From an uncultured delta proteobacterium (lineage in GTDB: Bacteria > Desulfobacterota > Syntrophorhabdia > Syntrophorhabdales > WCHB1-27): a stretch of 64,000 bases of DNA. Below are positions 9,624-19,105 of this stretch, piece after piece (position 1 is the first letter of the stretch; every line of letters starts with the position of its first letter). Where the stretch lies: NCBI GenBank assembly GCA_963810935.1, contig CAWEPK010000012.1, forward strand, positions 1 through 64,000. Direction: 5' to 3'. Under the pieces are notes generated by a model. That model ran no database searches, had not been told where the DNA came from, and worked only from the letters and a program-made list of their open reading frames with translations. The position numbers and the translations under genes are program-made.

Positions 9624-11580
9624 TTTTTATGATCCCTCTCTGTTCCAAGTCTTCGGCAACGTGCCCCAGGTCGAGGCTCTTCAGCGACTCTTTCGTGGGG
9701 ATGCCGTCATTGTCCCAGCCCTTGAACTTGTAGTACGCGTCGAGGAGCTGATTTTCCAGCTCGGGGAACCGTTTCTTCCAGTGGTCTTCCGGCGGCTTCT
9801 CGTCTGCCCTCCGCAGGCCCCTTCTGACGTTGATGGCCCTGACGAGGCTGCGGTTCCGCTTGTAGACAGTCTTCAGGCCCTCTTCGTCTATCTCCACGCC
9901 TGCCCCGGACGAGATGAGCTTCGGGTAATTGTGTATGTGGTACGGGGGCTTTAACGGGAAGGAAGACAGGCCGGCGCAAACGCCCAGGGCGTCGTCCGTG
10001 TAGTGCATCATCTCCTGCCAATCGACGATGTCGACGGACATGTCTACGGTCGGGTAATACGGGTTGGAGCGCTCGCCCCTTAAATCCCAGTCAAGGACAT
10101 ACTGCTTGAACTTCTCGTCCGGCACCTGTACCCAGTCCCTGATGAACTCTTCTTTCTCTTCCTGGGTGGCAAAAGCCGACTGCGGGAACTGCCCTTCGAT
10201 CTGGGTGATATTTATCTTCTCCCCCGTGGCATACATGAGGAAATAGACGGGGTTGAGCATTCCGAGCTTCAGGGGAAGCTGCTCGTGCTTCTTGATGTTG
10301 TTGTGGGCAAATGCTTCCGCACCCTTGCCGATTTTCTGCGCGGCCCAGTGGGTGCCGTCCGCCAGGATGTCGCCTATGCCTTCCCTGCGGACGATCCTGT
10401 CGAGGAGCCAGTAGAACTTGCCCTCGGCGTCCGTCGGGCAGCCCGCGAAGTCGGAGTCGCTCAGGATGCCTGCCTCTCTCAGCTCGAAGGCGAAAGCCAT
10501 GATCTGCGGCGTCGAGAAGCCGTCCACTCCGTACTCGGTGGCGCGCTGGGCGATCTTGAAGCCGAAATCGAGGTCGTCCACAAAGGCGGCCATCGTGTAA
10601 GTCAGCTTCGAGAAACACTTCATCATGTACGTGGAGATGCCCGGCACGGTGATGATCGCGCCGCACTTGATCGGGCAGTTATAGCAGCTTATGAGGCGCT
10701 TGCGGACGTTGAGCTGCGTATCTTTCCACTTCTTCTCGATCTGGTCGTTCCAGAAATCCTTCCGGCGCGTGCGCGCGTTGCCCCACATGAAGTTCTCGGT
10801 GTGCCACTTCTCATCGGTGTGGAGCATTTCCTGCGGCGAGCCGAGGCCCTGCAGAATGGTCATGACGTTGGGCACGGGGTTTTCGTTCCGGAACCTTATG
10901 TACTTGAGGACGTCGTTGCAAAGCTCAAGGAATTCCCCCGGCCTGGCGAGGTTGATATCCTTGGTGCCGCGGACGGCAATCGCCTTTACGCCTTTCGAGC
11001 CCATGACTGCGCCTATGCCCAGCCGGCTGGCGCTCGACCTGCCCTGCTCGATCGACGCCGTGAACACCCTGTTCTCGCCTGCAAGGCCAATAGCGGCGAC
11101 CTGGGCCATCGGCTCCTTCAGCTCCTTGCGGATCAACTCCTGCGTCTCGACCGCCCCTTTGCCCGCAAGGTGGGCTGCGTCGCGGATCTCGATCTTGTCG
11201 TTGTTTATCCAGATGTAGACAAGGCTCGGCGACTTGCCGCGCAGGATGATTTTGTCGTAACCCGCATATTTCATCTCCGGCGCAAAGAAACCACCCATCA
11301 TCGAGTAGCCCATCAGCAAGGTCTGGGGCGAATACGTTGTGATGATGGTCCGGTTGGCGCCCGGCGCAGGCGTGCCGCCGAGAAGTCCGGCGCTGAATAT
11401 GAGCAGGTTATCGGGAGAGAAAGGATCTGTCTCTGCCGGGACCCTGTCCCAAAGCATCTTGGCGTTCGTGCCCAGACCCCCGAGGTGAAGATCGGTATCC
11501 TTCTGGTCCGTCGCTACCCTTTCTACCCCCCCTCGTGAAAGATCGATTTCCAGATTAAAACCGGTTTCTGCGTACCTCAT
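9610..11580 (-). CDS. bamB: BamB, tungstopterin active-site subunit of class II benzoyl-CoA reductase (AOR family)
   Basis: AOR motifs (GGLGTNA, AAIGLAGEN, GAVMGSK, CYNCPIKC) plus BamB-type QEMLHTDEKWH, MKCFSK and ITQIEGQFPQ segments. Confidence 0.95.
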   Translation of the reverse strand: MRYAETGFNLEIDLSRGGVERVATDQKDTDLHLGGLGTNAKMLWDRVPAETDPFSPDNLLIFSAGLLGGTPAPGANRTIITTYSPQTLLMGYSMMGGFFAPEMKYAGYDKIILRGKSPSLVYIWINNDKIEIRDAAHLAGKGAVETQELIRKELKEPMAQVAAIGLAGENRVFTASIEQGRSSASRLGIGAVMGSKGVKAIAVRGTKDINLARPGEFLELCNDVLKYIRFRNENPVPNVMTILQGLGSPQEMLHTDEKWHTENFMWGNARTRRKDFWNDQIEKKWKDTQLNVRKRLISCYNCPIKCGAIITVPGISTYMMKCFSKLTYTMAAFVDDLDFGFKIAQRATEYGVDGFSTPQIMAFAFELREAGILSDSDFAGCPTDAEGKFYWLLDRIVRREGIGDILADGTHWAAQKIGKGAEAFAHNNIKKHEQLPLKLGMLNPVYFLMYATGEKINITQIEGQFPQSAFATQEEKEEFIRDWVQVPDEKFKQYVLDWDLRGERSNPYYPTVDMSVDIVDWQEMMHYTDDALGVCAGLSSFPLKPPYHIHNYPKLISSGAGVEIDEEGLKTVYKRNRSLVRAINVRRGLRRADEKPPEDHWKKRFPELENQLLDAYYKFKGWDNDGIPTKESLKSLDLGHVAEDLEQRGIIKNEQS

Positions 11581-11616
11581 TAGTCGGCCTCTCTACTTGT
11601 TCTTATTTTCACGTAC

Positions 11617-11645
11617 TGTATACCAACTCATCGCTGCTCTGTCAA
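11617..11645 (-). promoter_or_regulatory. sigma-70-type promoter of the bam operon
   Basis: Minus strand TTGACA-17 nt-TATACA, with TG upstream of the -10, 36 nt before the bamB ATG. Confidence 0.65.
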
Positions 11646-11660
11646 GACATTTTTCGCTCC

Positions 11661-12437
11661 TTAACGCTCATGCACCCTGGGGTGCAGCCGCCACGAGATC
11701 TCCTCCGATATTCCCTTCAGCAATGCCCTCACCTGCGAGATCGACGCGTCCGGCACCTGGCTCGTCAGGCCGACCGCCCAGACCGCCGCCTGGACGTCGC
11801 TGCGCCCCGACACAACAGGCACGGCAAAGGCAACTACCCCATCTATAAACTCCTCCATATCGTATGCAACGCCCTCTTCGCGGACTTTCAGGACTTCCGC
11901 CCTGAACACTGCTTTATCGACGACCGAGCGGGCTGTAAACCTGTGCAGCTCCGCGCGAGCCAGGACATCGTCGATTGCCTGGTCGGGCAGAAGGGAAAGC
12001 ATCGCCTTGATGCCGGCCCCCGCCAGGACGGGCATCTGCAAGCCTATCTCGGCCGACACCTTCAAGCCATGCCCGGAATCGACTTTATCGATAACGATGG
12101 CGTGCTTGTCCGAGCGAAGCCCGAGAAACGCCGAAAGGCCGGTCTGTTCGTGGATTTTGTCGAGGTATGGGTGGATGGTCTGGATCAGGGCGGAGCGCTT
12201 GCCCGCCATGTTCGCAAGCATATAGAAGCGCGCGCCGAGACCGAACTTTCCGTCGCCGTGATTTTCAAGGACATTGAGGGCCGTGAGGGTGTGGCCTATG
12301 TTGAAGACGGTGCTCTTATTGAGGTCGAGCTTACCCGATATGTCGCTGATCCCCATAGGCCCTTTCGCCCTGGCAAGAAGCTCCAGTATGGCGAAGCACT
12401 TATCGATGGCGGGCACTCTCGTAAACACGGGGGACAT
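11661..12437 (-). CDS. IclR family transcriptional regulator
   Basis: VPAIDKCFAILELL...GISDISGKLDLNKSTVF HTH and IclR effector domain (EFIDGVVAFAVPV). Start trimmed to ATG 12437. Confidence 0.92.
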   Translation of the reverse strand: MSPVFTRVPAIDKCFAILELLARAKGPMGISDISGKLDLNKSTVFNIGHTLTALNVLENHGDGKFGLGARFYMLANMAGKRSALIQTIHPYLDKIHEQTGLSAFLGLRSDKHAIVIDKVDSGHGLKVSAEIGLQMPVLAGAGIKAMLSLLPDQAIDDVLARAELHRFTARSVVDKAVFRAEVLKVREEGVAYDMEEFIDGVVAFAVPVVSGRSDVQAAVWAVGLTSQVPDASISQVRALLKGISEEISWRLHPRVHER

Positions 12438-12450
12438 AACGATCCTGCCT

Positions 12451-12505
12451 GTTTTATATATAGAACGCTTGTTTATTATAGCACGTTCCATTGGTACGCT
12501 GTCAA
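12451..12505 (-). promoter_or_regulatory. iclR promoter with overlapping imperfect palindromes (candidate operators)
   Basis: Minus strand TTGACA-19 nt-TATAAT with an extended -10 (TGc). Palindromes GTTTTATATATAGAAC (12451-12466) and GTTCCATTGGTAC (12485-12497). Confidence 0.55.
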
Positions 12506-12741
12506 TACCAATTGGGGCCTGTATGTGAAAAGCTGTTACAAGCCAGGGGTGTGTCAAGCATACGGCCAGCTGGCGCCGGGATTTGTCTGCCGGGCGCTCT
12601 CCTTGCCGGTCACGTCAAGCATATTTATACTCTAAGACGACGGACGGGCCGCGAAAGCCGCCTGTATTTGCGCGTAATTGGCCTTTGCGTAAAATTTTCT
12701 AGCCGTTTTGAGGCCGTTTTAGGTTATACTATGCGTCGCAT

Positions 12742-12818
12742 GCGCCCATAGCTCAACTGGATAGAGTGCCGGACTACGAATCCGTAGGTTGCAGGTTCGA
12801 ATCCTGCTGGGCGCGCCA
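12742..12818 (+). tRNA. tRNA-Arg(ACG)
   Basis: GCGCCCA acceptor stem, D loop, anticodon loop CT-ACG-AA, GTTCGAATC T loop, encoded CCA. Confidence 0.97.
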
Positions 12819-12919
12819 TTTTCCCCATTCGGAGTCTCTGTAGAGTCTCCGGCCCTTAACACTCCAAGTGTAAAAACCTATTGTCTCATCAATAAGAATC
12901 AGAATTTCTAAAATTTTTC

Positions 12920-12948
12920 TTGACTGACGATGACGGTAGGTCTATATT
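12920..12948 (+). promoter_or_regulatory. sigma-70-type promoter of the tetR gene
   Basis: TTGACT-17 nt-TATATT. Confidence 0.55.
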
Positions 12949-12985
12949 ATGGACATGACGTCTTATGAATGGAGTGTGGGTCCAG

Positions 12986-13663
12986 ATGGGAGTCGTTGAG
13001 CGAAGGAAGCGCGAAAGGGAAGTAAGGAGAGAACTCGCCATCGACGCGGCGATGAGGATATTCGAGGAGGAGGGTTATTACGCCCTCACCATGGAAAAGA
13101 TCGCGGAGCGTTCCGAGGTCAGCCGGGCAGCCCTCTATCTCTATTTCAAGAGCAAGGAAGAGATACTTATAAGCGCGATAGTCTCCCACGCCGACTATTT
13201 TGCCCGCATCTTACAGGAGACCTACGATAACCGAGAGACCATCCGGGACGAGCTGCTGGAGAAACTATGGGAATGCTTTAAGAGGTTCTACGCAAAAGAC
13301 CCCGTGGCCTTTACAGCGTGGCAGTTTTTCCATCAATACCAGACGATCGGCGCGCTCCCTCAGGAGCTGCGCGATGTCCTACACGAGGCCGGCGCCAGGG
13401 TCGTCGGCATTCAGCACAAGATAGTCGGATATGCCGTAGAGGAAGGGATATTCATTGAAAGCGACTACAGGGCGCTCTCGGAGGTTATATGGTCTACTTT
13501 CCTGGGCATCGTATACACAGAACGGAGCAAGAACGTGCTCTCGCACAAGAACCATATGGCCGTGACACAGGACCTCGCGAAGAAGTTGCTGGCGCGTGGC
13601 GTGCTGAATCCGTCCCAGGGAAGCGGCAGGAAGGATGCCCGTCCGCCGAAGGTGCGTTCATGA
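12986..13663 (+). CDS. TetR/AcrR family regulator
   Basis: ERRKRERE...AAMRIFEEEGY...TMEKIAERSEVSRAALYLYFKSKEE HTH. Confidence 0.92.
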   Translation: MGVVERRKREREVRRELAIDAAMRIFEEEGYYALTMEKIAERSEVSRAALYLYFKSKEEILISAIVSHADYFARILQETYDNRETIRDELLEKLWECFKRFYAKDPVAFTAWQFFHQYQTIGALPQELRDVLHEAGARVVGIQHKIVGYAVEEGIFIESDYRALSEVIWSTFLGIVYTERSKNVLSHKNHMAVTQDLAKKLLARGVLNPSQGSGRKDARPPKVRS

Positions 13664-13799
13664 AGACGGAGCATCGGGAACGGTCGGATAGCGCAGAGCG
13701 ATGGATGCGGCCAGCCGCTTGTCGCTTGTCGTTATATACACTCTCATATATCGATCTTTCGGGAATTGCTGAAAAATCGCGAAGGAAGGAGGAAGGATC

Positions 13800-13979
13800 A
13801 TGCAGATGGGTATGACTATGGGCTGCGAGCTTTATCAAGAGCTCCTGCCGGATTTCGAGGACGAGGCTGATGAGGCAACCGGGGACCGATCTTCTACCGT
13901 CCAGTCCACAGGGTCGGCTTCCCCTGCTCGGGACGACGGAACGACAGGCTCGAACGCGTCCCATGCAGTGACGAAATAG
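13800..13979 (+). CDS. putative 59-aa small protein
   Basis: Strong SD (AAGGAGG) before the ATG; MQMGMTMGCELYQELLPDFEDEADE...VTK*. Below the track cutoff; no family recognised. Confidence 0.4.
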   Translation: MQMGMTMGCELYQELLPDFEDEADEATGDRSSTVQSTGSASPARDDGTTGSNASHAVTK

Positions 13980-14043
13980 TATATCACCGGCGTTCCCTCG
14001 AAGGGACTGCCGGGCGCCATTCCTTAATAAAGGAGGAATTACT

Positions 14044-14550
14044 ATGGGCAGAGTGACAGAGGCAGTAAGGCGTTTCGTCTTCCGGGAGAAACTACTCCAG
14101 AGGTTCGAGAAAGAAGTGGTGGCGGGAGAAGCGGCAACGATCGACGTGCACCTGAGAAAAGGAACAGAATACGTAGTGGAGGGCGCTATCCTGAAAAGCA
14201 GGGCAAAGCCGGTCCTGTCGCTCGGGGATGTCCACGGCCTTGCGCGTCCGTGCTACGTCTTAGACACACAAGGCCGTTTCTACTTCACTCCTGACAAGGA
14301 CGGGTTCTACACCATTCGCGTCGCCGTCGAGGCTGCGGCGGCCCGCCAGGAAGCGGCAACCGTCTCGATCGCCCTTTGCGCCGTCCTTCCTTCTCACCAG
14401 TGTTTCGAATCGCCCTGGGTTTTTCCACGCTACTTCGCATTGCCGCCGGCCGTAGGAAAAGAGCCGGCCGGAGAAACGCCCACGACGGAAGCAGCCGTTC
14501 GGGACTGGGAAGCGCAGGACAGACGGGTGGCGTCACAGAGACGTAACTAA
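14044..14550 (+). CDS. hypothetical protein
   Basis: 168-aa ORF with a strong AAGGAGG SD; no family recognised. Confidence 0.6.
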   Translation: MGRVTEAVRRFVFREKLLQRFEKEVVAGEAATIDVHLRKGTEYVVEGAILKSRAKPVLSLGDVHGLARPCYVLDTQGRFYFTPDKDGFYTIRVAVEAAAARQEAATVSIALCAVLPSHQCFESPWVFPRYFALPPAVGKEPAGETPTTEAAVRDWEAQDRRVASQRRN

Positions 14551-14792
14551 CTTCCGGTCGAAAAGGTATCTTCGAGGGTCTACCCCCTTCGGCCCTCTTT
14601 CGCCGGCAGGCAGTGTTCCCCGGTAAACCGGGGACCTGCCTTCCGGTCAGCTCTTGACGGCCGAGCGCCCCATGTCACAATACCTGCCTCCGCCGATTTC
14701 TATCTAACTCAACTTGCCGCAGCAGCCGCATGTGGTATATAATGAGTTGCACGTAACCAACACGGAAAAGCCTCCGGAAAGGACATAAGAGA

Positions 14793-15854
14793 GTGGGAAG
14801 AAGGAAGACCAGGGTCATAAGCGTCGGCAGCGTGCGCATCGGAGGGGCCAACCCCATCAGCGTCCAGTCGATGCTCAAGACGGACCCGCAGAATTTTCCG
14901 CAGACCCTCGCCCAGCTCAGGGACGTAAAAAGGGCAGGCTGCGAGATCATAAGGATCGCCCTGCCCCAGGAAGACACGTGCAAGATCATCCCGTTTTTGA
15001 AGCGGGAAGTCGATATACCGATCATCGCCGATGTCCATTTCAACCACCGCATCGCGCTTAAGGCCGTTGATGCAGGTATCGACGGCATCAGGATCAACCC
15101 CGGCACGATCAACAACACGAAGAAGCTGAAGGAAGTGGCAGCCGCCTGCCGCGACGCCAAAGTGCCTGTCCGCATAGGAATAAACGTGGGCTCCCTCGAA
15201 AAGAGGATCATCAGGAAGTACGCGAGGCCCGGCGCGGATGCAATGGTGGAAAGCGCCCTCGACGCAGTAAAGCTCTTCGAGGACCAGGGGCACCCTGCCC
15301 TCAAGGTCTCCCTCAAGGCGTCCGACATCCTCCAGACCTTAGAGGCGTACAGGAAGTTCTCCCGCGCATCCGACGTGCCCCTTCACGTGGGCGTCACAGA
15401 GGCGGGGCCTGTTTTCTCGGGCGTCATCAAGTCCGCAATGGGGATCGGCATACTGCTGAATGAGGGCATAGGCGATACGATACGCGTCTCTCTCACGGGC
15501 GACCCTGTTTATGAAGTGACTGCGGGATACCACATCCTGCGCGGCCTGGGACTGAGAAAGAGGGGCATCAATATCATCTCGTGTCCGACGTGCGGCAGGT
15601 GCAGAGTAAACTTGCGTGAGACGGTAGAGGAATTCGAGAAAGCGGTCGCCCACGTAGACGCCTACCTGGACGTCGCTATCATGGGGTGCGAAGTGAACGG
15701 CCCCGGAGAGGCGCGCGACGCGGACTTAGGGATAGCCTTCGGCGCGGAGAACGCCATCCTCTTCTCGAAGGGCACGGTCAAGAAGACCGCTATACCGAGG
15801 GAGCTTGCGACAAAGATTCTGGTCGAAGAGATACACGACCTGTCCCGCTCTTAG
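14793..15854 (+). CDS. ispG: 4-hydroxy-3-methylbut-2-en-1-yl diphosphate synthase
   Basis: ISVQSM, ADVHF, RINPG, HVGVTEAG, GDTIRVSLT, CPTCGR, MGCEVNGPGE. Confidence 0.97.
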   Translation: MGRRKTRVISVGSVRIGGANPISVQSMLKTDPQNFPQTLAQLRDVKRAGCEIIRIALPQEDTCKIIPFLKREVDIPIIADVHFNHRIALKAVDAGIDGIRINPGTINNTKKLKEVAAACRDAKVPVRIGINVGSLEKRIIRKYARPGADAMVESALDAVKLFEDQGHPALKVSLKASDILQTLEAYRKFSRASDVPLHVGVTEAGPVFSGVIKSAMGIGILLNEGIGDTIRVSLTGDPVYEVTAGYHILRGLGLRKRGINIISCPTCGRCRVNLRETVEEFEKAVAHVDAYLDVAIMGCEVNGPGEARDADLGIAFGAENAILFSKGTVKKTAIPRELATKILVEEIHDLSRS

Positions 15855-16460
15855 CCTTTTTTCTCCAACTGACCCGACGCCGCCCGCCTCGTCAGCACCA
15901 CGCGCTGAATCACAGTCAGGTGAGTAAGCACCGCCAGGATGACGACCACCGGGCGCAGCACATTGAAGAACAGCCCCACCAACAGCAGGATGATCCTTTC
16001 AGACCTCTCCAAAAGGCCGTTCCTGCACTCGATAGACGCAGCCTCCGCCCGCGCCCTCGCGTACGGGATGATGGCCGTCCCTATCGCCGCGAAGAACGCG
16101 ATCATCGCGAAGACCGGGTCGGGCTCGGCCTCGCGCAGGAAATGGATCGAGATACCGAGCATAATAAGGAGGTCCGAGTACCGGTCGAGCACAGAGTCGA
16201 GGAAGCCCCCGAAGGGCGTCATCATCTTCGTGCTGCGCGCTACTGCGCCGTCCAGAAGGTCGAAGAAACCTGATATCACGAGAAGGAAGCCGGCCACATA
16301 AGAGCGGCCACCCGAAAGCCGCAGACGCGGCTGCCAGGATCGAAAACAAAAGCCCGAAAACGGTCAGGACGTTCGGGCTGACGGCCCTGCGGCCGAAAAA
16401 AAGTCCGTACAATTTGATCAGCAATGGGTCGAGAGAATGGCCGATTTTCGAGCTAATCAA
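15851..16460 (-). CDS. CDP-alcohol phosphatidyltransferase, phosphatidylinositol-phosphate synthase-like (one frameshift near 16298)
   Basis: N-part SPNVLTVFG (ORF 15999..16460) joins C-part FDLLDGAVAR...GGFLDSVLDRYSD...YARARAE...GLLERSER (15851..16297). Confidence 0.85.
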
Positions 16461-16520
16461 AGGAAATCCTGAAACACCCTTACGACAGCTTGAAGAGACC
16501 GCGCCTGTCAGCCCCGCGCG

Positions 16521-17618
16521 TTACCTGAACCTCTCCCCTTTTATAAACTCCTCGACCATCCTTCTGGCCACGTCGTCGGGGTACTGATGTATCGGGTGTT
16601 TCATGGTGTATCCCGATATCGACTCAAGGACGCCGCCTACGCCCCTGTCGCGCGCGAGCTTGCAGCACCTGATGGCGTCGATGACGCAGCCGCCGCTGTT
16701 CGGCGAATCTTCGACGGAGAGGCGCAGTTCCAGGTCGATAGGGATGTCCCCGAAGATCCTTCCTTCCATGCGGAGGAAGCAGACCTTGTTGTCGAGCTGC
16801 CACGGGACATAGTCGGACGGCCCGACGTGGATGTTATCCGGGTCGAGGGGCTTGTCGAGAAGGGACTGGACGGCCTCGGTCTTCGATATCTTCTTGGACA
16901 CGAGCCTTTCCCTGTTCAGCATATTGAGGAAGTCGGTATTGCCGCCGGTGTTGAGCTGGTAGGTCCTGTCGATGGAGACGCCCCTGTCGGAGAAGAGCTT
17001 GGCCAGCATACGGTGGATTATCGTAGCGCCTATCTGCGATTTTACGTCGTCCCCGACGATGGGGATCCGCTTCTCCTCGAACGCGGCTGCCCATCGCTCG
17101 TCGGACGCGATAAAGACCGGGATACAGTTGATCAGGCTGACGCCTGTCTCCAGACAGCAGGTCGCGTAAAACCTGGCGGCCTCTTCCGAGCCGACGGGGA
17201 GATAGTTCACCAGGATATCGACTTTGCGGTCCTTGAGGATGGCAACGACGTCGTCGGGCTCCTTGTCCGCAGGGACAAACCTCCGCTCTTCGGGGTAGTC
17301 GGCCATGTGGGGGGAGACGCCGTCGAGCACCCTACCCATCGAGACCGTCATATCGCCGTCCCTTAAAGCGGACCCGATCTTCTTCGTGCAATTCGGGGCC
17401 GCAAAGATGGCCTCCCGGAAGGGCTTGCCCACCTTGCGCTTGTCTATGTCGAAGGCCGCAACGATCTTGATGCTTTCGGCCGTGTACCCGCCGATCTCAT
17501 AGTGCATCAAGCCCGAAGCGACGTCTGTTTCCTTTTTGGCAGAGTAGTAGTCAATTCCCTGAGCGAGGGAGCTTGCACAGTTGCCGGTTCCTACAATCGC
17601 TATCCTGATATCGCGCAT
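16521..17618 (-). CDS. ino1: myo-inositol-1-phosphate synthase
   Basis: GTGNCASSL, YLPVGSE, GDDVKSQIGAT, QLNTGGNTDFLNM, VEDSPNSGG. Confidence 0.95.
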   Translation of the reverse strand: MRDIRIAIVGTGNCASSLAQGIDYYSAKKETDVASGLMHYEIGGYTAESIKIVAAFDIDKRKVGKPFREAIFAAPNCTKKIGSALRDGDMTVSMGRVLDGVSPHMADYPEERRFVPADKEPDDVVAILKDRKVDILVNYLPVGSEEAARFYATCCLETGVSLINCIPVFIASDERWAAAFEEKRIPIVGDDVKSQIGATIIHRMLAKLFSDRGVSIDRTYQLNTGGNTDFLNMLNRERLVSKKISKTEAVQSLLDKPLDPDNIHVGPSDYVPWQLDNKVCFLRMEGRIFGDIPIDLELRLSVEDSPNSGGCVIDAIRCCKLARDRGVGGVLESISGYTMKHPIHQYPDDVARRMVEEFIKGERFR

Positions 17619-17697
17619 CAGCTCCCCTAGTCGTTTCTCATTTTTAGAATATTTATTAAAAAAAGTCAATCAAAACGGCCCGGACCGGGCGGAACAA

Positions 17698-18255
17698 TCA
17701 GGCCGTCTTCTTGTATTGGCTCACTCCCATCTCGTACAAATCATTACCGAAAACATCGTTGATAACGAACAGCGGAAAATCTTCCACGAGGAGCCTCGAT
17801 ACGGCTTCCGGTCCGAGTTCCGCGTAGGCTATGATGTCGTATGTCTTTATACATTTCGAAAGGAGCGCCCCGGCTCCGCCCGTCCCGCCGAAATAGACCG
17901 CCTTGTTCTCCCGGAGGGCGTCTTTTACTGCCTGCGACCGCTTCCCTTTGCCGATCATCCCTTTCAGGCCGAGGGCCAGAAGCGTCGGTGCATAGGCGTC
18001 CATACGGGAAGCCGTAGTCGGCCCGGCTGCGCCGATAACGCGGCCCGGGGGCGGCGGGGTCGGCCCGCAATAGTAGATGACCTGGCCCTTGATGTCGAAG
18101 GGCAGAGGGCTGCCTTCGCGCAGCGCCTCCATGAACCGCTTGTGCGCCGCGTCCCTTGCTGTATAGATATAGCCGGAGAGCAGCACCTTGTCCCCCGACT
18201 TCAAAGCAGTCACGCTCTCGTCGTCGAGCGGAGTCCTGATCTTCTTTATCTCCAT
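17698..18255 (-). CDS. fumB: class I (Fe-S) fumarate hydratase, beta subunit
   Basis: TARDAAH, GPTTASRMD, MIGKG; adjacent to the alpha subunit and malic enzyme. Confidence 0.88.
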   Translation of the reverse strand: MEIKKIRTPLDDESVTALKSGDKVLLSGYIYTARDAAHKRFMEALREGSPLPFDIKGQVIYYCGPTPPPPGRVIGAAGPTTASRMDAYAPTLLALGLKGMIGKGKRSQAVKDALRENKAVYFGGTGGAGALLSKCIKTYDIIAYAELGPEAVSRLLVEDFPLFVINDVFGNDLYEMGVSQYKKTA

Positions 18256-18263
18256 TCGTCCCC

Positions 18264-19103
18264 CTAAAGCGTCACTTCCCGGACCCTGTGGGCATGGCAC
18301 TGTATATTTACCGCTACCGGCAGAGATGCGATGTGGCACGGCTGGGTCTTGATATGCACGTCGAGCGCCGTGACCGTACCCCCGTAGCCGCCCGGGCCTA
18401 TCCCCAGGCGGTTTATCTCCTCAAGCACCTCGAGCTCGAGGCCGGCGACGAAGGCATCCTGGTTCCTCGCGCCGAAGGGGACCATCAGGGCCTCTTTCGA
18501 CAGCAGCGCCGATGTCTCGAAATTCCCCCCTATCCCGACGCCTACCGTAATGGGCGGGCACGGGTTCGGGCCTCCCTTCTTCACCATATCGATGATGAAT
18601 TCCTTAATGCCGGGCACGCCAGCAGAGGGGGTGAGCATCCTCACCTCGCTGTAGTTCTCGCTCCCGCCCCCCTTGGGCATCACGACGATCCTCACCCCTT
18701 CGCCGTTTACAACGGACGTGTGGATGATGGCCGGCGTGTTGTCCCCCGTATTCTTCCTCGTGAAGGGGTCGCAGCAGGATTTCCTCAGGTAGCCTTTGGC
18801 GTAGGCGTCGCGGACGCCGGCAGTGACGGCCTCTTTCAGGGGTCCGCCGGTCAGGTGCACGTCCTGGCCTACCTCAATGAAGAGGATGGCCAGGCCCGTG
18901 TCCTGGCATATGGGTATTCTCTCTTTGGCAGCAGTCTCTGCGTTCATAAGCAGCTCCCGGAGCACTTCCCTGCCTGCGGGAGACATCTCTTCCCCGACCG
19001 CTATCGTCAGCCTGTCCAGAACGTCCGGGTGAAGGTCGATGTTGGCTTCGATAAACAGCTTTTCGACCGCGGCTGCGATATCTGTTACAGGCACCTCCCT
19101 CAT
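18264..19103 (-). CDS. fumA: class I (Fe-S) fumarate hydratase, alpha subunit
   Basis: PICQDTG, KGGGSEN, GPNPCPP, HIASLPVAVNIQCHA. Confidence 0.9.
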   Translation of the reverse strand: MREVPVTDIAAAVEKLFIEANIDLHPDVLDRLTIAVGEEMSPAGREVLRELLMNAETAAKERIPICQDTGLAILFIEVGQDVHLTGGPLKEAVTAGVRDAYAKGYLRKSCCDPFTRKNTGDNTPAIIHTSVVNGEGVRIVVMPKGGGSENYSEVRMLTPSAGVPGIKEFIIDMVKKGGPNPCPPITVGVGIGGNFETSALLSKEALMVPFGARNQDAFVAGLELEVLEEINRLGIGPGGYGGTVTALDVHIKTQPCHIASLPVAVNIQCHAHRVREVTL

Positions 19104-19105
19104 CG

